A stretch of 64,000 nucleotides of DNA. Source: an uncultured delta proteobacterium. GTDB lineage: Bacteria > Myxococcota_A > Polyangia > Polyangiales > Polyangiaceae. Under the pieces are notes generated by a model, which worked only from the letters and a program-made list of their open reading frames with translations, made no database searches and had not been told where the DNA came from. The position numbers were made by a program, and so were the translations under genes. Positions 41,453 through 51,983 of this stretch are shown piece by piece (the stretch's first letter is position 1; each line of letters starts with the position of its first letter). The stretch lies in NCBI GenBank assembly GCA_963696385.1, contig CAVOKF010000008.1:512001-576000 (forward strand), read 5' to 3'.

Positions 41453-42165
41453 GATTCGACGCCGAAACGCTCCGAGCGCCGCACGCCCTCTTGCCCTGGC
41501 CGCGAGCCTTTGGAAAGCTGGAGTCCGTGACGGTCCATCGGCCGAGCGGCACGCCGGAAAACGAAGAGAAGTCGCCGTGGCTCGCGTGCGGCGGCGCCGG
41601 CGACGTCGATCCCATCGCGCGGGCGCAGATGAAGGGCCAGCGGCCCTTGGTGCTGTGGTTTACGGGACTGTCGGGCTCGGGCAAATCGACCCTCGCGAGA
41701 CGGGTCGAGCGCCTGCTCGCCAGGCAGGGGCGCCATACCGCCCTGCTCGACGGAGACCTCGTGCGCCAAGGCCTCAACCGGGATCTGGGGTTTTCCGACG
41801 CCGACCGCACCGAGAACATTCGCCGCGTGGCCGAAGTCTCGAAGCTCTTCGTCGATGCGGGCCTCATCGTCCTCGTGTCGTGCATCTCCCCGTTCCGTCT
41901 GGACCGGGACCACGCGCGCAAGCTCGTCGGCGAAGGACAGTTCATCGAGATTTTCGTGGATACGCCGCTCGATGTCTGCATCGCGCGCGACCCCAAGGGG
42001 CTCTACCGCAAGGCGATCGCCGGCGAGATCAAGAACATCGCCGGCATCGACACGGCCTACGAAGCGCCGGCGAGCGCCGAGATCGTTCTGAAGACCACCG
42101 ATGCCCAAGCGACCGTCCTCGCCGAGCGGGTCGTCCTCTACCTCAAGAACCGAGCGGCGGGGTAG
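41449..42165 (+). CDS. cysC: Adenylyl-sulfate kinase
   Basis: [46 protein letters not shown]. Start uncertain. Confidence 0.93.
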   Translation: MRFDAETLRAPHALLPWPRAFGKLESVTVHRPSGTPENEEKSPWLACGGAGDVDPIARAQMKGQRPLVLWFTGLSGSGKSTLARRVERLLARQGRHTALLDGDLVRQGLNRDLGFSDADRTENIRRVAEVSKLFVDAGLIVLVSCISPFRLDRDHARKLVGEGQFIEIFVDTPLDVCIARDPKGLYRKAIAGEIKNIAGIDTAYEAPASAEIVLKTTDAQATVLAERVVLYLKNRAAG

Positions 42166-42183
42166 CCCGACAGGGGCGGCGGC

Positions 42184-42633
42184 TCAAAAGCTCTTGAAGC
42201 TGGCCACGATCGTGGCCAACACGGCGGCGGTGATCGCCAATCCCGCGGAGGCGATGAAGGCCCAGTGGGCCGCTCGCCGGAGCGAGGGGCGCGCCGTCGC
42301 ATCGGCGTAAAGGGCACCGATGTAGGCGAAGGCCCCCACCCAAGCGAACACGACGCTTCCAAAGGCGAGGTGCTCCTTGCGTTCGAAGAGGTATCCAAGG
42401 GTAGGTGCCTCGGCAAAGATCGGCTGACGCAATGCGTCGCGGTAGGGGGTGTACAAGGCCGCTCCCAGGGCGCCGACCAGCGTGACCAGCCCCACCGCCA
42501 GCGCCACGGACAGGTGCGCGGCGCGTTTGACGCGGCGAAGCAGAATCGCCGGATGCAAGAGCGCGGCCGCCGAAAGCCATCCCAAATGGCCATGGATATG
42601 CTCTCCAACACGGATGAGGTCGAACGGCGCCAC
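42184..42633 (-). CDS. Four-TM hypothetical membrane protein
   Basis: Four hydrophobic segments with HGHLG, LHP and FERKEH motifs. Confidence 0.7.
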   Translation of the reverse strand: MAPFDLIRVGEHIHGHLGWLSAAALLHPAILLRRVKRAAHLSVALAVGLVTLVGALGAALYTPYRDALRQPIFAEAPTLGYLFERKEHLAFGSVVFAWVGAFAYIGALYADATARPSLRRAAHWAFIASAGLAITAAVLATIVASFKSF

Positions 42634-42708
42634 GCGAGGGCTGAGCTTACCCGCGCCGGCAGTGGGCGGGCGCCCGGTCTGCTATTGAGGAGCGTTCGGA
42701 GCGGTCGC

Positions 42709-44229
42709 ATGCACCACCTCTCGGAAAAGGCGGCACCGGTCGGCGCGCTTGCGGGTGCGGCCGGTCACATCCTGCTTTTCGAGGACGACGACACGCTGGC
42801 GGCGCTGCTCGCCCGGGTCCTTCGCACCGAGGGGTATCAGGTCGACACCTTCGACACGGCCGACGCCGTGCCCCCGCCGGCGAAGCTGGCCCGGTACGAC
42901 GTCGTCCTGAGCGACATCCACCTCGCCGACAACACGAGCGGGCACGACGTCTTGCGCCGGGTCCGTGACTCGAGCGGAACGACGCCGGTCATCTTGATGA
43001 CGGCGTACGCGGACATCGAGGGGGCGATGAACGCCGTCGGCGAGGGGGCTTACGACTACCTCGCCAAGCCGATTGATCCGACCGACCTGAAACGCATGGT
43101 GTCGGAAGCGATCGGGCGGCGCAAGCTCGCCAAGTCGTCGGACCCGCGGCCGGACCTGCCGAGCGGCCTGGCGGTCGCGGCCCAGATCGTCGGTACGACG
43201 CCCCCTATGCTGTCGGTGTACAAGACGGTCGCGCACGTCGCCCCCACCACGGCCACGGTGCTCATCGTCGGCGAAAGCGGGACCGGAAAAGAGCTCGTGG
43301 CCCGGGCGATCCATGCCAAGAGCGCGCGCAGCCTCAAGCCCTTCGTGGCCGTCAACTGCGGGGCCCTGCCGGAGTCGATCCTCGAGAGCGAACTGTTCGG
43401 CCACGAGCGAGGATCGTTCACGGGGGCGAGCGCTACCAAACGCGGCCTCTTCGAGGAAGCGACGGGAGGCACCCTGTTTCTCGACGAGATCGGCGAGATC
43501 AGCCCCAAGATGCAGGTGCAGCTGCTGCGGGTGCTTCAGGAAGGCGAGATCCGCCGGGTCGGCGCGGCCGAGACCATCCGGGTCGACGCGCGGGTCGTGG
43601 CGGCGACCAATCGCGATCTGAAGGTGGAGGTCGGCGCGGGACGGTTCAGAGAGGATTTGCTCTTCCGGCTTCAGGTCGTCACGGTGCGCGTGCCGCCGCT
43701 GCGCGACCGCAAGGGCGACGTCGCCCTGCTCATTCGGCACTTCATCGCCCGGCATGCCGACCGGCTCGGGCGTCCGGCTCCTCGGGTCGCAGCCGAAGTG
43801 TACGATTGCCTTTCGGCCTACAACTTCCCTGGAAATGTCCGCGAGCTCTCGCACATCATCGAGCGCGCGATGCTGCTTGCCCGCGAGGGGGTCATTACGG
43901 CGACCGACCTGCCTCCGGAGGTGCTGCGGGGCTGGGGCACGCAGGGTCTGAGCGGGGCCGAGACCGCCGGCGCCTCGATTGCCGATGACTGGCCGACTCT
44001 CGGAGTGCTCGAGCGTCGGTACATCGACCGGGTGCTGTCGCGCACGAGCGGCAACAAGACACGCGCGGCCGAAGTGCTTGGAATCGATCGACGCACACTG
44101 AATCGGATGTTCGCCAGGGAGAGAGCTACCGAGCAGGGCAAACCGCTGTCGGAGGCGGAGCTCGACGCCATGGAACACCTCGACGCGCAAGCCGAGGAAG
44201 AACGCGACGAAGAAAGCCTGAAAAAATGA
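42709..44229 (+). CDS. Sigma-54-dependent response regulator (NtrC family)
   Basis: Receiver (FEDD, SD, AKP), GESGTGKE, ESELFGHERGSFTGA, FLDEIGE, PGNVREL, Fis HTH. Confidence 0.96.
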   Translation: MHHLSEKAAPVGALAGAAGHILLFEDDDTLAALLARVLRTEGYQVDTFDTADAVPPPAKLARYDVVLSDIHLADNTSGHDVLRRVRDSSGTTPVILMTAYADIEGAMNAVGEGAYDYLAKPIDPTDLKRMVSEAIGRRKLAKSSDPRPDLPSGLAVAAQIVGTTPPMLSVYKTVAHVAPTTATVLIVGESGTGKELVARAIHAKSARSLKPFVAVNCGALPESILESELFGHERGSFTGASATKRGLFEEATGGTLFLDEIGEISPKMQVQLLRVLQEGEIRRVGAAETIRVDARVVAATNRDLKVEVGAGRFREDLLFRLQVVTVRVPPLRDRKGDVALLIRHFIARHADRLGRPAPRVAAEVYDCLSAYNFPGNVRELSHIIERAMLLAREGVITATDLPPEVLRGWGTQGLSGAETAGASIADDWPTLGVLERRYIDRVLSRTSGNKTRAAEVLGIDRRTLNRMFARERATEQGKPLSEAELDAMEHLDAQAEEERDEESLKK

Positions 44230-44867
44230 ACCTCTTATCAGTCCGCGACCCGAGCTTGAATTCGCACGCTTTTTCGCCGGATCGAGCGGCGTTGCCCCCG
44301 AACGTCATCCGGGTTCCGGTCGTCCAACAACGGCAGGGCTATAGCTGCGGGCCGGCCGCCACCCTGGCGATCTTGCGCTACTGGCTCGTCGAGTCGTACG
44401 CGGCGGTCGAAGAGAGCTCGCTCTACGAGCCGCTGCAGACGACCGACGCCCGCGGAACCGAGCCGGAGCCCATGACCGATCTGCTGATGGCCGTCGGGCT
44501 CGGGGCCCAATACCTGCACGGAGACGTGACCCTCGCGGATCTGGAGCGCGCGGTCGATGCGCGCGAGCCGCCGATCGTCGACTTGCAGGCGTGGAGCGAT
44601 CACGGCGCCCCATGGCGCGAGACCTGGGACGCCGGCCACTATGTCGTCATGGTCGGTTACGACCGGGACCGGCTGTTCTTCGTCGACCCGAGCCGAGCGA
44701 CACCGCTCGGCTACGCGTTCCTGCTGCGCGACGAGCTGGAAGAGCGCTGGCACGACTTGGCCGGCGATCGGGACGAGCCGCGACACCGCATGGCGATCTT
44801 CGCGCGCGGAGCCCGCCGCTGGGACGCTCGCGACCCGCTGCCTTCGTACGCAACGAAGCTCGGCTGA
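44226..44867 (+). CDS. Stand-alone C39-like cysteine peptidase
   Basis: QQRQGYSCGPAA...GHYVVMVGYD...FVDP (Cys-His-Asp); no ABC domain and no signal peptide seen. Confidence 0.85.
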   Translation: MNLLSVRDPSLNSHAFSPDRAALPPNVIRVPVVQQRQGYSCGPAATLAILRYWLVESYAAVEESSLYEPLQTTDARGTEPEPMTDLLMAVGLGAQYLHGDVTLADLERAVDAREPPIVDLQAWSDHGAPWRETWDAGHYVVMVGYDRDRLFFVDPSRATPLGYAFLLRDELEERWHDLAGDRDEPRHRMAIFARGARRWDARDPLPSYATKLG

Positions 44868-44882
44868 TCGAGGAGCCCTGTC

Positions 44883-45884
44883 TTGGTACCGTGGCTCTCG
44901 ACGTTGCGCGGCCAGCCCACCGCCTTGGCCACGTTGCGCCGAGCCATCGGGTCGGGTCGGGTGCACCACGCCTACCTGTTCGACGGCCCCGACGGCGTCG
45001 GCAAAGAGCTCGCGGCATTCGGATTCGCGCAAGCGCTCGTTTGCGAGCGGCGCGCCGAAGGCAGCGCCGAAGCCTGCGGCGAATGCCGGGCGTGCGCACG
45101 CGCCGTCCCTCGAGCGGGCCAACGGGCGCCGCTGCATCCCGACGTGGTCGTGCTGGAACGCGGACTCTACGATCCGGCCACGATCGGCCGCCGCACCCCG
45201 GAAACGCAGGATCTGAGCATCGACCAGATTCGCACGCTCGTGATCGAGCGAGCCGCCTTTGCCCCCTACGAGGGGCGCGCGAAGGTCTTCGTCGTTCGCC
45301 GGGCCGAGGAGCTCAGCACGGCGGCCGCCAACGCCCTGCTCAAGACGCTCGAGGAGCCCGGACCCCGCACCCACTTCGTGCTGCTGTCGTGCGCCGCGGA
45401 CTCGCTTCTGCCGACGATCCGGTCCCGATCGCTGCGCGTGCGCTTCGGCGCACTGTCCGACGACCTCGTGACCGACCTGTTGGTCGAACGCGGATCCGGA
45501 CGGACCGAGGCGGCCGCCATCGCTCGGCTCGCGGCGGGCAGCATGGCGGCCGCTCTCGCGCTCGACGACCCCGATGCCACGGCGGTGCGCCAGCATTTCG
45601 TCTCCCGCGCCCTGGCCGCGATCGAATCGCGCGATGCCGGCGCGGCGTTCGAGCTGGCCGAGGAGTCCAAGAAGCTGAGCAAGGACACTCTGTTGCTTCA
45701 GATGCAGGCGCTCGCGGCGTCGATCGGCGACCAGGGACGCGCCGCCGCAGCAGCCCCCGACGACCGCGCCGAGACGGCTTCCTTGCGGTACGCGATGGCC
45801 ATGAACGCGATCGTGCAGATCGAGTCGAACGCGTCGGTCCAGCTTGCCCTCGAGTCGATGATGCTACGCATGCGTAACGCGTGA
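44883..45884 (+). CDS. holB: DNA polymerase III delta' subunit
   Basis: HAYLFDGPDGVGK, CGECRAC, HPD, IDQIR, AANALLKTLEEP, LLPTIRSR. Confidence 0.93.
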   Translation: MVPWLSTLRGQPTALATLRRAIGSGRVHHAYLFDGPDGVGKELAAFGFAQALVCERRAEGSAEACGECRACARAVPRAGQRAPLHPDVVVLERGLYDPATIGRRTPETQDLSIDQIRTLVIERAAFAPYEGRAKVFVVRRAEELSTAAANALLKTLEEPGPRTHFVLLSCAADSLLPTIRSRSLRVRFGALSDDLVTDLLVERGSGRTEAAAIARLAAGSMAAALALDDPDATAVRQHFVSRALAAIESRDAGAAFELAEESKKLSKDTLLLQMQALAASIGDQGRAAAAAPDDRAETASLRYAMAMNAIVQIESNASVQLALESMMLRMRNA

Positions 45885-46004
45885 TCGGCCCGTGCAGGTG
45901 GGCCGTCGCATGCGGCACGGCACTTTTGTCGGAGCCACGAGCGACAACGGCCGGCCCGCGGTCGTGAAGATAAACGTCACCGCTCGCCTGAACGAAGAGA
46001 AAGT

Positions 46005-46628
46005 CTAGGTCTCATCCGGCCCTGTGGGCGCGCTGGCGGGCAGGACGTCGTACTCGCGCTCGGAGAGAGCCACGCCGCGCCAGGCGAGAACGGCGCCCTC
46101 GCCCGCGACGATCACGAGCCGCAGGACACCCGGACCGGAGTATTCCGCGATGAGCGCCCGCCCCCCGATTTCCGGGGCACCCGCACCGAGTCGTTGCACG
46201 CGCACGGGCAAACGACGCGTTCGTTCGAAGCGCACCCGCTCGATCTCGATCGCCGACGGCGGTTCGCCCCGTGGCGCCAGAGCGCCGGTCGCCATCGGGG
46301 CCAGCCACGCCACTTCGGACCGGGCGGCGCGCGCATAGACGGCGCGATCCTGCACGGCTTCGGGCGCGATGAAGAGCGCGGCGACGGGGCGATCCTCGGA
46401 CAAGACGAGCGCACCCGCGAGCCACGCTTCGTCCCGCTCCACCCGGCGCACCAGGACATCGCCCAGCCGGCAGGGAAACGCCGTAAACACGTCGACGGAC
46501 TCGATCGGCTCTTCGGGGCCGATCCGCCGGCGCGACCGGGACCGGGCGCGCGCCAGGGCCTTGCGCATGACCCGGCGGCCGACCCAAAGGCCCCCCACGA
46601 CGGCCAGCGCATCGACGAGGAGTGTCAA
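46005..46628 (-). CDS. Hypothetical protein with N-terminal membrane anchor
   Basis: Open frame with protein-like composition; TTG 46628 overlaps the thiE stop. Confidence 0.6.
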   Translation of the reverse strand: MTLLVDALAVVGGLWVGRRVMRKALARARSRSRRRIGPEEPIESVDVFTAFPCRLGDVLVRRVERDEAWLAGALVLSEDRPVAALFIAPEAVQDRAVYARAARSEVAWLAPMATGALAPRGEPPSAIEIERVRFERTRRLPVRVQRLGAGAPEIGGRALIAEYSGPGVLRLVIVAGEGAVLAWRGVALSEREYDVLPASAPTGPDET

Positions 46629-47308
46629 CGCCGGGCCTGCCCGGCGGGCCCGGCCGCGAAGAGGTCCTGAAGTGCGCGGGCGCGCCGCGCGACCTCCGCG
46701 AGCCCGTCGGCGGACCCGCCGTCGCCGAACCCGACCGGCGGCAACAGCGCGGCAATGACCGCGATGGCGTCGCAGCATCCGACGAGCCGATGCGCCCGAT
46801 CCAAGGTGATACCCCCGATGGCCACGAGCGGCACCCCGCGCGATCGGGCGCGAAGAGAGGCGGCGCCGAGTCCGGCGAGGCCGACCACGGGGTCGGGGTT
46901 GTTCTTGGTCGACGTCTCGAAGACCGGGCCGAAGGCCACGTACCGCGGCCCGAGCGACAGCGCCGAGTCGAGCTCATCGGGCGTATGCGTGGAGACGCCC
47001 ACCCCGAGGTCGGGCGCGACCTGCCGCACGCCGTCGATCGGCAGGTCCTGCTGTCCCACGTGCACCATGTCGCAGCCGGCGGCGACCGCCAGATCGACGC
47101 GGTCGTTGGCAACGAGCGGAACGCCGATCCGGCGGCACATCGGAGCCAGAATGCGTAAGAGTTCCAGCGTTTGTCGGGCCGTCGCGTCCTTCGCCCTGAG
47201 CTGGAGCGCCGCCGGCTCGGCTGTCAGCACGGAGCCGGCGAACGCGATCGGGTCGATGCGCCGCGCCCCGAGCAGCCCCACGTCCACGATCGCGTACAGA
47301 CCGCGCAT
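46625..47308 (-). CDS. thiE: Thiamine-phosphate synthase
   Basis: LYAIVD, LQLRAK, NDRVD, VHVGQQD, GVSTH, GPVFETSTK, VAIGGIT. Confidence 0.94.
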   Translation of the reverse strand: MRGLYAIVDVGLLGARRIDPIAFAGSVLTAEPAALQLRAKDATARQTLELLRILAPMCRRIGVPLVANDRVDLAVAAGCDMVHVGQQDLPIDGVRQVAPDLGVGVSTHTPDELDSALSLGPRYVAFGPVFETSTKNNPDPVVGLAGLGAASLRARSRGVPLVAIGGITLDRAHRLVGCCDAIAVIAALLPPVGFGDGGSADGLAEVARRARALQDLFAAGPAGQARR

Positions 47309-47358
47309 CGAACGACCGTCGATGGGCACGGATGCGACGTCCCCGCGACCGGGCACGG

Positions 47359-48583
47359 TCACCCGACCCCGCCCACCGGCGGGGCCACGACGCCCGCAAG
47401 CCGCACGGAGCTCGACGGGCCGACACGCGCGCGGTCGAGATCGAGCGGCGGGTCGACCGAGACCACGTCCCCGCGTGCGAGCGTGTCCCATGCCCGGTTG
47501 GCCGCGCTGGCCGCCCGGTCGAGTCTCACGACGCGACCGCGCGCCGGCTGGCGGCGGCCGTCCGGTCCCCGGAAATCGCCGCACAAGAAGGCCTCGCATT
47601 TGCCTTTGCTCACGATTCGATCCGAGACGACCCGCAGCCGGTACGACAACGGGTCCGAGAGCGCATCCACCAGCCGCACGCCATCCCGACGCACGACGAG
47701 GTAGCTGTAGGACAGGCCTTCATGCCGCAGCCCGGCCGCCCGCGCAATCGGCACGAGCCACGCCGGAAGATCGATCGGCACGTGCTCGTGGCACCAATCC
47801 GAATCGCGCGTCAGCGCGGGGCACGGGGCGGCGTGCAAGCAGGGGGCGAAGACCGTGAACCCGAGATCGACGAGCCGGTCCCGCGTGCGATGCAGCCGGC
47901 GGGTGCGATCCTGGAGCGCCGGTTCGACGACGACCAGCGACCCGGCATCGCGGGTGTGCCGGTCGAGCAGCGTCCGCAAGAGCGCGACGTGCCGCTCGAC
48001 CCGAACGTCTTCGGCCTCGCCCACCCCGATCTCGCTCAGCACGTGCCCGACCAAGACCACGTCGTAGCGCCCGAAGCCGTCGAGCAGAGACAGGGGACCG
48101 GCGACGGCGCGCGCACGCAGATCCACGCGCCCGCGCCCCCGCCGGGCCCGCGCGATGGCGAGCCCCAGATTCGAGCGCCTCGGGGTCGGCATCGATCCAG
48201 GTCGCGTCGATCGCGGTCGAGGCGGCGGCCGCCCGGTCGATCGCGCGCACCAACCCCCACGTCATCGCACCGAGTCCGGCGCCGACGTCGAGGACCTCGA
48301 CCGGGCCTTGGCACCGAAGCACGCCGGCGGCGACGAGCTCGCGGACCGCGGCCGAGGCCTTGGGGACGTCGCGCGCAAACGAAAAGCCGAGGCGGGCCGC
48401 CCCGGCGTCGCGGACCGAAGCCCGGGCCCGCCGAGGATCGTTGTACGCATCCGACAGGTCGGCCACGCGCGCCGCGAGCCTCGCCACGTCGCGACTCGTA
48501 GGCCACCCTCGCCCGCGGGCGACCTCGTCGAGCGTGTCGCGCCAGTCGTCTTCCAGCGGACGCACGAGATCGAGACCGACCAT
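47359..48583 (-). pseudogene. Rsm22-like SAM-dependent methyltransferase split by a +1 frameshift at about 48170
   Basis: VLDVGAGLG in the N-terminal frame; HVLSE, VVEPA, APCLHAAPCP, DWCHE in the C-terminal frame. Removing one base gives 407 aa. Confidence 0.85.
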
Positions 48584-48635
48584 GGCAAAGCGCTCACCCG
48601 GTTCGCATCCGGGATGGCCCCACTATACTCGCCGC

Positions 48636-49199
48636 GTGCCCCTTTGCCCGCCGCACCCGCCCTCGGACTTGGATCCCCTCGGGCCGGCCGAGCCCTACGA
48701 GCCTCCGGGCCGACCCGAGCCGCCCACCGACGCCGGCCGCCGGCCGTCGGCACCGAGCGATCCCATTGTCGCGGTCGGCGCCGTCTGCCTCGGGCCGGAC
48801 GGTCGGGTGATCGTCATTCGCCGGGGCCGCCCGCCGTCCGTGGGCGCGTGGACGCTGCCGGGCGGCCGTGTCGAACCCGGCGAAACGCTCGATCGGGCCG
48901 TCGTGCGCGAGGTCCGCGAGGAGACGGCCCTAAAGACCCGCGTCGTATGCGCGCTCGGTCCGGTGACGATCGATCGAGAGGGCACCCGCTACCTGATCCA
49001 CGAGCATCTGGTCGTCCCGGTCGACGACACGCCGCCTCAGGCCGGAGACGACGCGGCCGACGTAGCTTGGGTTTCGCGCGACGCGCTGTCGGAGCTCGGC
49101 GTGCGACCGGATGCGATCGCGGTCGTGGATCAGGCCTTGGCCGAAGCCGACCGCCGATCGACCGGGACGCCGGCGCCCGCCGGGTCGGGGTGCCCATGA
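48636..49199 (+). CDS. NUDIX hydrolase
   Basis: Nudix box PGGRVEPGETLDRAVVREVREETAL; AGDDA. Start uncertain. Confidence 0.9.
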   Translation: MPLCPPHPPSDLDPLGPAEPYEPPGRPEPPTDAGRRPSAPSDPIVAVGAVCLGPDGRVIVIRRGRPPSVGAWTLPGGRVEPGETLDRAVVREVREETALKTRVVCALGPVTIDREGTRYLIHEHLVVPVDDTPPQAGDDAADVAWVSRDALSELGVRPDAIAVVDQALAEADRRSTGTPAPAGSGCP

Positions 49200-50188
49200 G
49201 CCCGTCCGCGCGACCGCCGCGCCGGGCCGTGGGCCCGCTCGATCGCGCAGGACAGGGGCGCGCGCCGACCCTCGCGGCCGCCCTCGGACGCTTCCGGCTT
49301 CCGACCGCCGCCGTCGGGATCACGTCGATTCTGGGCGCCGGTTGCGCTCGGGTACTGCCGCCGCCGTCGGCGCCGCCGAGCGCCGACGCCGCACTCGCCC
49401 GGATGCACGCGACGTTCGCGTGCGCGAATGCCGTGCAGGCCAACGCGAAAATCGATCGCCTCGGCAAGGAAGGCCGTATCCGTGGCGACCTGCTTCTCTT
49501 TGCGGCGCGCCCGGCGCGCATTCGCATGGACGTCATCAGCCCGTTCGGCGTCGCTCTCGCGACGTTGACGAGCGACGGCACGCGATTCGCGCTCGCGGAT
49601 CTGCGCGACAAGCGCATGTTCGTGGGACCGGCGAGCGCGTGCAACATTGCCCGGCTCACGACGGTGCCGATCCCCGGACACGTGCTGGTCGATCTGCTGC
49701 GCGGAGAGGCCCCGGTCCTCGTGCACGACAGCGGCGCGACGTCGATCGCCTGGAACCCGCGCGGGTACTGGGCCGTGACCGTCGAAGGCACGACCGGCGA
49801 CGGCCGCTATGCCACGCGCGAGGACATCCGGCTGGTGCCCCGCCCCGAGGACTGGAATCTGGCCTGGCAGCGCCAGCGCATGCGGGTGCTCGACGTGCGC
49901 GTCTCGGAGGTCGGATTCGAGCTCTATCACGCCGAGCTGTCCGAGCACGCGCCCGCACCCACCGCAGGGCCACGCGTCGACCCGGACAACCTCGAGCCCC
50001 CGCTGCCGCCGAGCGGTCCGCCGTGCGACGCCGAGATCCCGCGCAAGATCCACGTCGAAGTCCCCGCACCGGAATCGGACGTGCGCTTTCTGTATCGGGA
50101 TCTCTTCTGGAACCCCCCGCTCGTCGACACGACGTTCGATCCCCCGGCCTGGGCGGGCATGCCGATCGAGCCGGTCAGCTGCCCGTAA
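49196..50188 (+). CDS. Lipoprotein, possibly LolA/LolB-fold (DUF4292-like)
   Basis: Lipobox GAGC; RPARIRMDVISPFGVALATLTSDG beta-rich motif. Confidence 0.7.
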   Translation: MSPSARPPRRAVGPLDRAGQGRAPTLAAALGRFRLPTAAVGITSILGAGCARVLPPPSAPPSADAALARMHATFACANAVQANAKIDRLGKEGRIRGDLLLFAARPARIRMDVISPFGVALATLTSDGTRFALADLRDKRMFVGPASACNIARLTTVPIPGHVLVDLLRGEAPVLVHDSGATSIAWNPRGYWAVTVEGTTGDGRYATREDIRLVPRPEDWNLAWQRQRMRVLDVRVSEVGFELYHAELSEHAPAPTAGPRVDPDNLEPPLPPSGPPCDAEIPRKIHVEVPAPESDVRFLYRDLFWNPPLVDTTFDPPAWAGMPIEPVSCP

Positions 50189-50954
50189 GCGGACGCGTCG
50201 ATCGATCGAGGTTCGCGGATCGGATCGCGTGCAGGACCGCGCCGGTGCGATCGGTGATGATCCAGCGAGCGCCGCATCGCACGAGGTCGACGGCTTCGGC
50301 CGGATCGTTGACCGTCCATACGCCGACCCACAAGCCGCGGCCCGCGTAGCGGCGCACCGCCTGCGGGCCGGCTTGCGAACGCTCGAGGTGCAACGCGCTC
50401 ACGAGCGGCGGCCGTATGATTTCCTGCACGGCCGCGGCCCAGCGCGACTGGTCGAGGTGCGTCAGCAGAGCGCGCGGCACCGAGGGGGCCCATACGGCCA
50501 TCAGGGCGAGCAGCCGCGGGTCGAACGACGACAGCAAGACGTCGGCCGGGCACGCGCGCAGCGATCGGGCCGTCGCCCGGACGAGATCGCGCCGGTTGGG
50601 CACGTCGTATTTCAATTCGACGTTGACGCCCATGCCGACGCCGCGCGCCCATTCGAGCGCCTCCGACAGCGTGGGAATGCGCGCACCCGCTCCGAGGTCG
50701 AGGGCACGCAGCGCCGAAAGCGGCCGATCGGCGACCAGTCGAAGGTCGGCCGATCCGCTCACCGCGCGCAGCGTCGGATCGTGGAAAACGACCGCTTCGC
50801 CCTCCACGCACGTCCGCACGTCGAGCTCGATCGCGCGCGCCCCCTCGAGCCGAGCGCGCTCGAAGGCGGGCAGCGTGTTCTCGGGGGGCCACCCCGGCCC
50901 TCGCCCGCCGCGGTGTCCGACGACCAACGGCGCGCCGTCGCGCCAAACGCTCAC
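50175..50954 (-). CDS. Glycerophosphodiester phosphodiesterase
   Basis: GHRG, PENTLPAF, ELDV, FHD, IPTLSEAL, NVELK, SSFD, WTVND, ITD. Confidence 0.93.
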   Translation of the reverse strand: MSVWRDGAPLVVGHRGGRGPGWPPENTLPAFERARLEGARAIELDVRTCVEGEAVVFHDPTLRAVSGSADLRLVADRPLSALRALDLGAGARIPTLSEALEWARGVGMGVNVELKYDVPNRRDLVRATARSLRACPADVLLSSFDPRLLALMAVWAPSVPRALLTHLDQSRWAAAVQEIIRPPLVSALHLERSQAGPQAVRRYAGRGLWVGVWTVNDPAEAVDLVRCGARWIITDRTGAVLHAIRSANLDRSTRPLTGS

Positions 50955-51946
50955 GCCGACAGCTCGACCGCGATCGATCGCGCGATGGCGCGTGCCTCGT
51001 CGACCCGCTCGGCCGACAGCGAGATCGCCCCCACCACCGCGTGCCCGCCGCCGCCGTAGCGTTCGCAGATGGCGGCGATGTTGTGCCGCCGCGCCACGGG
51101 CGACCAGGGGTTGTACCCGACGCTGATCTTGCACCGGGTCTTCGAGCGGCTCACAAGGACCGAGTAGGCGCTTTTCGGATAGAGCGCGTACGTGACGAAT
51201 TTGCCCGCGACCTCGATGATCTCGTCGCTCAGATCGACCAGCACGACATCGCCCAGCATCTGCGCCTTCTGCTCGACACGCCCGATGAACGCCTCCTGCG
51301 TCTGCCCGAGCGGTTCGAAGGCCTGCATCACGTCGTCCGATCGGGCCACTTCCGACAGCGGCCGATCGATGAGACGCGGCACCATGGCCGCGATGAACGC
51401 GTCGTCGGCCGCGTGTTCGACGAGCGTCATCAGCTTGAGCTCCGGCTCCGCGCGGTCGACCACCATCCGGGCGCTCGGAAACGCCGCGGAGTCGATCATG
51501 TCCGCCCAGCGCACGAGCTCCGCGGTCGGCTCGGGATCGAGACCAAAGCGTTCACGCCCGATGTCCGCGATGAGCTTGGTGGCCGAGCCGTACGCCCCAT
51601 CGTGGAAAAAACGGCGCTGGCCGTGCCGTTCGCCGTCGGCGGCGGAGCGCTCGTAGAGCGCGCGGTCCTCGGGCGTGACGAACGCGCTGATGTGGTGATC
51701 GAAGTACCAGGTGAGCTGGGGCAGGGCCGTGAAGCGGAAATCGAGGATCGCGTTGACGTCGCCGACCAAGACCGCCGGATCGACCCCGTTCTGGCCGGGG
51801 CCGTAGCCCGCGCCGTGGTAGCTGAACGTGGCGCCGTCGTCGGGCGACACGTGACGGTACAGCCGCGTGAACATCACGGCCGAGCAGAGGCCATCGAAAC
51901 AGTGACCGTGCGTGGCGACGACGACGTGGGGGGGACCGGAAGTCAC
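50951..51946 (-). CDS. DHH-family phosphoesterase
   Basis: THGHCFDGLCSA, ILDF, YFDHH, GGGGHAVVG. Confidence 0.88.
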   Translation of the reverse strand: MTSGPPHVVVATHGHCFDGLCSAVMFTRLYRHVSPDDGATFSYHGAGYGPGQNGVDPAVLVGDVNAILDFRFTALPQLTWYFDHHISAFVTPEDRALYERSAADGERHGQRRFFHDGAYGSATKLIADIGRERFGLDPEPTAELVRWADMIDSAAFPSARMVVDRAEPELKLMTLVEHAADDAFIAAMVPRLIDRPLSEVARSDDVMQAFEPLGQTQEAFIGRVEQKAQMLGDVVLVDLSDEIIEVAGKFVTYALYPKSAYSVLVSRSKTRCKISVGYNPWSPVARRHNIAAICERYGGGGHAVVGAISLSAERVDEARAIARSIAVELSA

Positions 51947-51983
51947 GCACCCCGGCTTAGCACGGCCACGCGACCGGATGACC

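Noticed and set aside
45886..45930. Terminator after holB
   Set aside because: Short hairpins are present, but the stem is irregular and the U-tract is short and offset, so support is too weak.
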